NCBI GenBank assembly: GCA_964247055.1
Contig: OZ176051.1
Coordinates: forward strand, 7,378,001-7,442,000
Length of the DNA stretch: 64,000 nucleotides
Reading direction: 5' to 3'
Source: Paragordius varius
Lineage: Eukaryota; Animalia; Nematomorpha
Shown piece after piece: positions 54,107-64,000 of the stretch; within the stretch, counting starts at the first letter, position 1, and the number at the start of each line of letters is the position of its first letter. A model generated the notes under the pieces. That model was given only the letters and a program-made list of their open reading frames with translations. It was not told where the DNA came from and did not search any database. The position numbers and the translations under genes are program-made.

Positions 54107-56647
54107 TTAATTAACCCATATTTCATTTTGGCGTAAACCATCTAACTCTCTAAGTGATGGAAACATGCAATTAAATGATATGCGTTTGTAATCACAATTG
54201 CTCGTTTGTTCATGCATTGGATAATCCATTGAGTATAATATAGTGGCAGGTAATGAGTTTTTACGAAAACATCTAAACATATATACATATCATGATTACA
54301 AATGAAATAATAAAAGTTTAGTGATTTATGGCAAAGATGTGAAGTGTTTTTGGCTCCGGTTCTGGTTGTTTTTTAAAAAAATATTGTGTCCTTAAAAAAC
54401 GGTTTAACAAAATTTTTTATAAAAAACAGATAAAAGTGATTTTAACCGAAATTTCTTTATAAAATAAAAATTCCGAATCCAATGTATATAACCGATAATT
54501 TGTTTTTATTTTTGTATGGGGCCAAAATCAAACGTAATAAGAATCGTGATACATTTATTTATCAAAAAAATATATTTCATCGGAAAATTTATAACAATTT
54601 TTGCATTGTGTATGTAAAAATCGATTATTAAATCGTTAAACCTCGGTTTTGGATCCAAAAACCATAAAAAAGTTCTATTTTCTATTTGGAAGGTTTTTTT
54701 AGAGAAAAGCTAAAATTTTACTTGTTTTGAAGCAAACATTCAGAGGCTAAATAAAACAATGATAATGGAATACAAGCAGTCTGTTGTGGACATACATCAT
54801 TAGATGGGCGGCAAATGGGAATTGTTTCATCAAACAACCATGTATTTGAATGTACAGACAAATTTCTAAGATTATACATTCCGGACATATTTTTGGGAAG
54901 TGTATGGAGCTATAGTTAGCATAGAGCAATTATTACACTTAAATTCAGCTTTATGGATAAACATATAGTATAAATTATGACAAAATGCATATAAAATATA
55001 CATTTCGCCTTTTTAATTTATGACCAATTTTATATTTTTTGCAAATAAGAATATTCAAGACAAAATAGATGTTTTTAATCATAATTTAAGATAAAGCACG
55101 ATGGTATATGCCTTGGTAACACATTCAAAATTATTTTGATTATCTTTATAGTCAAAGAGGAAATTTAGGAATTTCTACGGTATATAATATGGTTAACAAA
55201 ATCGTTTAGAATTAATATGTACCTTGTTAAATTTATTTACAGATGAAATAGTTTTTTTATACAAGAATAAGCATATCAAGCATATTTAACCAATTAAACT
55301 ATACAAAAGTTTTAAATTAAAATTGTCTTTTTGTTTACTTTTGAGCTGATGGAAAAAGTTTGAAGTTGAGATAAACGGTAAAAATTCGGAGGTAGGTGAT
55401 GTATTTCGACATTTTCTAACATTAAAATCTGCAAAGAATGGGACAAAGAACAAGGAAGTGAATATGGAATTTCCTTGATAGGATTGTTACTGAGATTCAA
55501 ATACCTATGTAATAAAATCAAAATTATATTGAATTAATATATTTAATCATGTACAGATATCGAAAAACTATTAAATATATTAGGAAAAAACTATAAATAT
55601 AAAAATTGCGAAGTTAATTTCTATTTAAAAATACTTTTATAAAATATTCTCAATAATGCATTTACCATTTTATATTAGTTTTTAGTAATTACTCATACTT
55701 CAAAGAAATGCTATAAATGGAATATATTTTCGTTGAGAATTATAAAAATTAATACTAAACTTTAAAAATATCGTGAAGTTTTAATAAAGTTTAATAATAA
55801 AAATAAAATAGCCTTATATTAAATATGGATATCGCATATTTAACCAAACAATTAAAACTTAATAATTATGTACTAATAAGTCTATAAAATTTTAATAACA
55901 GATTTTTTAACTAATCTGTTTCTAAAGGCAAATATTGAAAAATTACTGTAAACTGTATTATATATCAAAAATTTATAATTTTATACTTTAATTTTGGATT
56001 GCTTGATCCATAAAATAATAACGGTGGTAAATATGTTAAATAATTGTCTGATAAATCTAATGAGAGTAGATTGGCTACAATATTTGAGTAGGTTAATACC
56101 GTTAAAGATTGTATACGGCAATTATTAATAGTTAAATGCGTTAAATAGTGTAAATTTATGGTTTGTCTTATGTAATTATCGACTAATTTTGGGCACCCTA
56201 TTATCTTAAATTGTATTTTTGAGCATACTTTAAGCGATTCACAAAACTGGGAAATTTCACCCTTACATTTTGCGTTAATGGTTTGATGACGATTAATATT
56301 TTTAGGTTGATCTGTTTTTGGGGTAGATTTAGTTGAGATGTCATCATTAAAAAAATCTTTAATGTGAGTTATGTCACTTTTAACAACAATATTAACTATT
56401 ATTGAGGGATTAATAAATATAATTTTTATTTGATTAGCTTTACATTCCAATTTCTCCAAATAATCTTTCCTAAACTAAAAAATTAATAATTAAAAACCTC
56501 ATAAATTTGCGTGAATGATTTTAAAGATATTTTGCATACCTTTTTACCATCGTCTTTTGTTTTATATATGTGTACATGCCCAAAACCTTTTTTTCTTTTA
56601 TGGCACGATATTTTTTCTAAAATTGTAATGTTTCCAGTAATCAACAT
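54107..56647 (-). CDS. LRR1: Leucine-rich repeat protein 1 (CRL2 substrate receptor), about 385 aa, 5 exons
   Basis: Exons 56647-56498, 56474-55987, 55504-55339, 54909-54722 and 54272-54107, all in phase. The N-terminus aligns with human LRR1 (YEFRKD vs YELREN, FINPSIIVNI vs LKEPPVDICL), followed by LRRs and PLSLFYLASECLLQNK (vs PLTLLESSARTILHNR). The 3' end is the least certain part. Confidence 0.78.
56475..56497 (-). other. 23-nt GT-AG intron (LRR1 intron 1)
   Basis: Sequence GTTTTTAATTATTAATTTTTTAG. Removal joins a 50-codon first exon to the 164-aa ORF as IYE-FRKD. Retention gives TAA. Confidence 0.75.
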
Positions 56648-56685
56648 AAAAATTTAAAAAATTACGCTTCATTCATATTTAAAGC

Positions 56686-59600
56686 ATGGTTCAGGATAAT
56701 ATTATTCAAGTTTTCTAAACTTTTATTTTAGATTTATGATTCTTTAAAATCAATCAAAATTAAACAATCATATTTTATTGAAAAATTAAAGAAAGTAATT
56801 TATTAACTATTAATTATAGGTGTTGAATGATGTTGATTATAAATTTTGCGCGTTCGGGAGTTTTGATTTAGGAACTTATACAAATGATTCAGACATAGAT
56901 ATTCTTTGTAGGATTAATTCAGTAAATGTTATTTTTATACTGTAGAAATTTTACAAAGAAACGGACAGATATGATTTTAAACTATATCAGGTGACTGAAG
57001 AAACTTGCAAAAATATTAAAATTCTGCTTGAAAATTTGCCCAATTTAAAAATCATTATTTTGAAGCCGTTTCCTGAATCTCCCTACCTTAAGATTAGGTG
57101 CAAAGACAATGATAATAATCATATAATCAATATAAAATTTTGTCCAGATACCATTAATATATTATCTACTAGTCATCCTTTATCCAATGTTAAAAAGTTT
57201 AAACTTTCCAGATTTAACCTGAATAAAAATAATCTATTAAAAACTACATCAAATAATACGGACACAGTCCCATCCGTTACATACAATTCAGCAGTTTTAC
57301 AAAACATTTTATTGTATTACACTTCTGAAGAAATAAAAAAGTTTTTTTCAACATTGTCTGAAAAAATAGCATCTATCATTAAACAAACGATAGTATTGTG
57401 TAAATTATGGGCTATTCAAAAAAATCTTTTAGGTTATAAATCTCAATCACCGAAAATTGATCAATATTTTGAAAGCGTTGGAAAAAACGGCGAAACTATT
57501 ATTGGGAAAAGATCTCTCGGACATTTTTTTACAATGTTCATTTTTTGGATGCATAAAACAAATAAAATTCTGAATGCAACAAAAATAACCACCCTAGATC
57601 TCTTTAAAATCATGTTACACCACATAGGTTTGTTACTTTAAAAGTTTATGGGTTAATTGACGCAATTTAAAAACATTAACTCTGCTATTATTTATTTCTT
57701 AATGATTCCCTACTTAGATAAAAAAATTTTATTATCTATCTTAAATTGACCACCCTTTTTGTTAAGTTAGTCTTTTTTTGGTGGTATTAATAATTTTATA
57801 AGCAAACATGTATCATTTTACAATCAATGTTTGTCGGACCTATTTCTTAAATATAATTAATGGTATTTTTTCACCCGCCTTTTCAATATTCTACCCCCTT
57901 TGACGACCGTTTGTGTTGCTCAAATTGGATTTTTTAATTTTTTGCACGCATGATAAACCTATTTTATCTTACATGTTTTTTTTATTTAAAAAATCCCATT
58001 TATTCTGTATTGGGAGATGCAAAGATTTAAATATATTTTTTTCAGTTAATGCAGAGCTAGTAACTGATGGTATAGCGTTTCCCCTCTCTGATCATAATAA
58101 TAATGTCAAATTATCTGAATTTAAACAACACTTTGATGTCCTATTTTTGGACCCGTCCGGGAATTATAATATATGTTGGAACTGGACTTTAAATGATTAC
58201 CATTGGGTTAGTAATTATTTTTTGAATTATTTAAGATTTTACAGCCAATTTTATCATTTTTAAAAAAAAATGATTTTGATTATGTTAAAAAATAATTTAA
58301 TAAATATTGAAATTATTATTAATTTTTTATGTTGTATCCATTATAAAAATAATATATCTCATGAATAATGATCAACTAAGAAATATTATGTATTCATCAT
58401 AAAAATGTTGGATTATAAATGAGTTACTAAATAAACTATATTTTTTCCTATTATTACGATGTAGTTACAATACGAAGCCAAAAACACTCTAGATCAATTA
58501 CAAAACTCGATAGAACCACTATACATTAGCAAGCTATTTTCTTCTGTCAAAACGCTAAATTATGAAATCACTTTTGATCACATAATAAAGTTTTTATTAC
58601 CTAATCTATTTTATACTTTTTTATAAAATATCACCAACCACTAGCATATGGTTGTTAACATACAGTATGAGTATTCTTCGATAGAAAGTTATTAATTATT
58701 GGCAAATAGTAAATACCAAAGGGCAGTAGTATTGGCTTATAGTTATTTTTATCACTTTTTATTATATTTAGCTAATACTTCCCTTGTTGTATTTACTATT
58801 TAACAATATTAATAACTTTATAGCAATGTATACTTATTCATACTGTAAATATAAAGCACCAAAGTTATCAAAAATAGGTGTTATGCAAAAAAATATTTTT
58901 ATAGGATGTAAAATTGCAGATTTTTATATAAAACATTTTGGCGATTGTCTGAACAAAAACGCTCCTTTAAATCGCCATTTTCGCTTTAAATGCGTTTATT
59001 CCAGTAAATTTCAATAGAGGCGTTTATACTATTTTTGCGAACCTTACCCTAAATTATCGAATATAATCGGTATCAAAAATGTGTAAAAATAATCATCATA
59101 TAGGTTAATATGCTCGTTGTATAATTCATTTTCGACACGTAAATATTATAAACATATGAAGTATCATATAAAAATAAATAAAAATTTTGTACGGTTTTGG
59201 ACACTATACAGGATGTCTGTTCTCAGCCTTAAAAATTATAAATGGATGTGGATAAAATGGTTCTTTTATATTTTTCAAGACTAAATATTATACAATTTGA
59301 GATTTAAATTGTATTCTTACAAATATATTCATAATTTTTTATATGGTTAGATTAAAAGTGCCCATATCTACGACATTCAAACAACATCTTTTAGATAATT
59401 ATATCGTTAATCAATTGGATATGGCAACATATAAGGATTCATACGTTCCACCTTTACTTAAACGTATTTGTCATGTTTTATCGAAGGGATTCACTGGATT
59501 AATAACTTTGTTAGCACAGGTTTTTTTAATTTGCAAAATGATAAATTTGTGTTTTTTGTCTTAAATATGGGTAAAAACTTTTTTAATTTTTGTAATTTGT

Positions 59601-62600
59601 TTAAAAGACAAATGAAATTTTAATGTAATATATAGTATTTGCTACGCAAATTCCTGTATGGATGTATTTAAAAAATATATTAATCTTAAAACTCTTTTAT
59701 AATTTATTGACGGTTATATTGATAATTATTTTTTGGTTAACGTATTTTGTTATTTTATCCGACATAATTGTTTTAAATTAACATTTATAAATGATTGTAA
59801 AATTACATAAATGATAGTTAGATAATAATAATTAAACACAGAATCTGCCAGAATCGAACTCAATTTTTATATATAAAATATATATATATATATATATATA
59901 TAATGAATATATTAATTTTTTAAAATATTGTATCCCATATATGATTATTTATTGTATTAAGCTCACTCTTTATTGATAACCTTTTTATTTTTAATTATAT
60001 ATGAATTTTTATTTTTTCCTCAGTTGAATGTTCAATCAAACATCAACGCTGAAACATATCTTGTTACATATGGGATTTTGCTAAATTCTCCGAATCAAAT
60101 TGCAAAAAATCGTGTTATTCACATTCAAAAAACAAATAAAAACTGGTCCTACTATATCATTGGGCCAAGTGTTGATGCTGAAAAGAAAGTATGTCACAAA
60201 ATAAATTTTATATATTTTTGTATAGGCCGCCTGCCTTCTAAAGAAAATTATAAGGAGCGCGTATAAAATTAGCTCGTGTTGTCAGATAATTTTTAGATAT
60301 TTGCGTTTTTTAATTTTAATTTCTACCATATAATTTGTGAAAATTTAGGCTTTTTATCAAACAATTAAATAAACATTAAAAACAAATTTTTAATCAAAAA
60401 AAAATTTTTTTTGGAAAAAAGTTATAATGGATACTAAGTTTTCTTTCTAATATAGTACTGAGCCAGCTTTTGAAGGGTCTACCAGGTTTTGAATTCGGAA
60501 GTTAATAATTTTATTAAATTGCAAAAAATTAATGTAAACAAAAAAGTTGTTTAAATAAAAAAATTATTTTAAATGAATAAATATAGAGTAAATAAAGAAA
60601 ATTAGGTTAAAAAAATAAATACATGCAAAATTTATGGTTAAATCTAAACTTAACATTTTTAAGGACAGACTTGAAGTGTTCAAAGACCAATTTTAAATGT
60701 TTAAGGACCAACTTGAAATCCAAATGGTATATATATGACAATTGGGATAAATGTTAAGAATCTAATGTGGGCTAGGCATTTTGAACAGAATACACTATCA
60801 TAATTGAATTTTTCATAATTAAAAACCCCTGTAACAAATATTTTTTTAAAAACTATAATTTTTGGAAAATTCTGTTTGTTTTTATTTTTGTAACTTTTAT
60901 CCAAAAATATCAAAGATTATAACAATAATTAATATGAATTATCATTGTATCTGGAGCGTTACAGTCCATCCAAACCTAATTCAAAAAATATACCTAAAAA
61001 AATTTTTTTATGAGCTGACTGCTTAAAATGAGTTTTTGGCGTTTATTTTGCCCAAATGCAACGTGACCCTCGATGAGTTTTTCTAAATATTACTTTGGCA
61101 CGCTATATGTATCTATATTTATGTTAAATAATAATATATTAGGCCGAACAAAAAATTTTACTATATATTTTATATAGGTTATAACCGAATTTATTGATTT
61201 TTGGGGCCCTGATCACATTACTACGTTATTGATTGATCAAGATCAATATCATCATGTATTCCATGTTAATTATCCCTGCAATATTCAATCCTTAGAAACA
61301 AACGATATTTCTAATTTATTGGGCGACAAAAATTTTGAAAAACCAAATAATGGCTATAATACCACCTATGATATTGATTGGATTTGTACGCAAAATAGCC
61401 TAACTCAATCATTTAATATGGACACTCAATGGAATAATCTTCAACCATCAATGGTCCCTAATGCATTTTATGTTCGGATAGTTGAACATTTATTAAAGAG
61501 GTTTGATTTTTTACAAAATATATAAATATTTAAAAAATATATGAAATTGTTAAATTTGTCTTAAATTTATTTATTATCTTTAAAGGCACTGTCGTTATGA
61601 TATTTTATCTGTATCTGATAACGTGGATTACAATGAAATCGGATTCAATGTTGAACGATGCGCCTTAAATAAGTACATTATGAAATGGAAGCGAAAAGAT
61701 TTGGCTGATAATGGTATGTATTTAATATTTAAATTGCAGAGTTTTTCGGATAAATTTGTATCAAAATAGTCATTACATTTTTAAACTGTCAAAACAAATA
61801 ATATTTATATTAATAGGCTATTATTAAATAAAAAATTGGACAAATAAATATTATAATTAAATAAACCTAATTATACCATTTACAATTCAAATTCACCCTC
61901 GAAAATTTTAAATTCTCCCTAAAATTAAATTTGTGAAATATATTATTACGACATAATTTATTATTTTTTCAGTATTATATTTATACAAAAAATTTAAAAA
62001 AACACAATAATCTATTTTAGGGTGAATTTGAATTGTTCAAGGGTGAATTACTGTAAATGTTATATATGGAAGATATTATTATTAGCAAATTTATATCTAT
62101 TATTTAAATGATGAAGTATTATAAAATATATTTTGCAATAAATTTTTCCATATATATATATATATATATATATTATCCCAAATTAGATATTGACACTGTT
62201 AAAACTTTTGAATTTGACTACAATCGCTCGACTGATAAATTATGCCGCATGCTACGTTTTGAATCATCTACCCTAGGTCTACCAATACAAATAACGGATG
62301 TCAACGTTGATTACAATGAAATTGGACGGAAAACTGCGGTAAATATTCAGACTTATGGTAATTTCTACAATGGATCCCTAAAATTACCGATTGTGGTGAC
62401 CTTTATAGAAAAATAAATAGAATTCAATCAACATATACAGTCGTGTATTTTTATAAATGTCAAACATACGTATTTATTTTATTTTACTTTGTTTTTAATT
62501 GTTATAATGTTTGATATGTCAACTTTCAACATGCGCATTTTTAAGCCTTAAAATAATAATAGCCTATTTCGCCATAATTTTTTGGGTAACCCTTTGGTAG

Positions 62601-63559
62601 TTCCATCATCATCCCAAATATTTTTGAGATGGAACAATTAAAAATAAAATCAATTAAAAACGTATGTTTGACATTTTATAAACATACATGAATGTAATTA
62701 ATAATATTCTACATATATTTTAAAACAAAGGAAAAATGATTTAATTACCATATTGTTATCGCTTATTAAGTTCCTAAATCTCAAACTTACTAGTTTATGG
62801 GAGGGGACCAACATTTAACGATTATAATATATATATATATATATATAAAGATTTTATATATAAAATATAATAGTCCATGGTATTAATTACGAGCTGATTA
62901 GTTTGATGAGCGCTATTTATTATTTAAATTATTAAAACGGGTCTATTACTTAAAAATAAAAAAGATAATTGATTTTATAAAGCGACCATTTAACTTTGAT
63001 TAATTTTTTTTGCTTCCTATAGCCATTTGTACCGCTGCCTTCAATCAAAATGCCACTCCAAAAGAATGTTGCAAAATTGAATAGAAAACATAATAGTTCA
63101 TCAACTTTTTTACAACGATTCAATCGAACATGTCCCATTTTTCATCAGCAACTACCTATTGATAATTTTAATGATATATCAAAGGGGAAAAGATTTAACG
63201 CGCAAAAGCCGCGTCATAATAATGATATTTTTACTTGTTCGACAGTTATAACTATTTGGCCCGAATCAACGCATAATTGGCCAGATGCCATTTTAAACCC
63301 CAAAGCAACGGCCTTCATAGATTTAGCTGATCTCAAAACACCAAAATCAAAGATTAGTAATGCTAAAAAGATATCTAATTCAGATAATCCTTTGAAATTA
63401 CTCAACAAAACTAAGAATACTTGTCCAAAGAAGAGAGGTGGGTATAATAAGTCCTATTTTAAAAATTTAATTGGGTATTGGAACCAGAATTGTCAGGAAA
63501 CCAAAAAAACGCATAAATGGTTCCGAAAAACACTTTCTAGTGGTCTTTTTTATATATAA
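56686..63559 (+). CDS. NOL6: Nucleolar protein 6 (Nrap/Utp22), divergent; the 3' end is uncertain and may continue past the window
   Basis: Exons 56686-56709, 56732-56794, 56820-56921, 56946-57627, 58046-58206, 58465-58589, 59351-59519, 60024-60188, 61178-61500, 61586-61713, 62187-62338 and 63023 onward, all in phase. Motifs match human NOL6: FGSFDLGT, SRFNLNKNN, YNSAVLQN, FKQHFDVLFLDPSGNYNIC, LQYEAK, FDHII, GILL...GPSVDAE, EFIDFWG, IVEHLL, GLPIQIT and NWPD...AF..LADL. Confidence 0.88.
56710..56731 (+). other. 22-nt GT-AG intron (NOL6 intron 1)
   Basis: Sequence GTTTTCTAAACTTTTATTTTAG. It joins MVQDNIIQ to IYDSLK. Retention gives TAA. Support comes from frame continuity rather than homology. 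Confidence 0.65.
56795..56819 (+). other. 25-nt GT-AG intron (NOL6 intron 2)
   Basis: Sequence GTAATTTATTAACTATTAATTATAG. It joins EKLKK to VLNDVDYKFCAFGS. Retention gives TAA. Confidence 0.72.
56922..56945 (+). other. 24-nt GT-AG intron (NOL6 intron 3)
   Basis: Sequence GTAAATGTTATTTTTATACTGTAG. It joins the GS..DxD motif exon to the 216-aa ORF. Retention ends in an in-frame TAG. Confidence 0.85.
60658..60720. repeat. 21-bp minisatellite, 3 units
   Basis: TTTAAGGACAGACTTGAAGTG / TTCAAAGACCAATTTTAAATG / TTTAAGGACCAACTTGAAATC, located in a NOL6 intron. Confidence 0.7.
61874..62062. mobile_element. MITE of the same family as 25992-26295
   Basis: TACCATTTACAATTCAAATTCACCCTCG at the left is mirrored by AGGGTGAATTTGAATT...TGTAAATGTTA at the right. 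Located in a NOL6 intron. Confidence 0.65.
62438..62694. mobile_element. Tc1/mariner-type MITE, 257 bp
   Basis: CAGTCGTGTATTTTTATAAATGTCAAACATACGT...ACGTATGTTTGACATTTTATAAACATACATGAATG, flanked by TA on both sides. Confidence 0.75.
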
Positions 63560-64000
63560 GTTTTATCTGAAATACTATTTATTTTACGTAATAAGCTATC
63601 TATCATTGAAATAACAAAATTCATTTGTTTAAATATTATTATGGAACATTAACTATTTTGCCTAGCTTTTTTATTCAAAAAACAGAAACTAGACAACAAT
63701 AAATATATATTTGGTTTATTGCTACCCTTTTTACACAAAATATTCAACATAAGCCATACCGTTAAATTATGAAATATTAACGATTAGTAATTGGTCATGA
63801 GAATGCAAAAATTTGTTGACAAAAAGTTACCCTTCATTCTTTATATTTTTTATGTTAAAATATCATTATAATTTAGTTTAGGCTTAGTTTTATTACCTAT
63901 ATATAAAAAGCTATAAAAATCTATTTTTAAAAGCCCGTAAAAAATAATTTAATACCAAACAGGATTTAATATTTTTATCGCATCTTAGCCAAATAATAAC

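Noticed and set aside
60189-60225. 37-nt candidate intron in NOL6
   Set aside because: The following sequence does not match NOL6. The homologous EFIDFWG exon starts at 61178 in the correct phase.
1-64000. CRISPR array, rRNA, tRNA or prokaryotic operon
   Set aside because: No regularly spaced direct repeats, cloverleafs or rRNA-like tracts were seen. The genes are spliceosomal-intron eukaryotic genes.

Overview
Very AT-rich genomic DNA from an intron-containing animal; the species cannot be determined from the sequence. There are no prokaryotic features and no rRNA, tRNA or CRISPR array was seen. I reconstructed exon by exon three conserved genes: CTNNBL1 (-, 36184-44643, 12 exons), LRR1/PPIL5 (-, 54107-56647) and NOL6/Utp22 (+, 56686 to at least 63559). 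Other genes are an LRR-transmembrane protein, a likely GPI-anchored antistasin/mucin-like protein, a large Asn-rich single-pass membrane protein, and a tail-to-tail pair of unrecognised paralogs (about 0.2-14.7 kb). The most striking signal is a class of 22-25 nt GT-AG introns. Five are needed to keep the three conserved genes in frame, all lie near the 5' end of the CDS, and they coexist with ordinary introns of 66 nt to 4.4 kb and unusually degenerate donor sites. The second is CTNNBL1 intron 7, which holds a foldback Chapaev-like transposon relic containing an inverted pair of minimal type I hammerhead ribozymes. The rest is transposon debris: a hAT with an 8-bp TSD nested in an RTE LINE, a mariner relic and several MITE families. 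Protein identifications come from recalled human sequences and family motifs, not from database searches.
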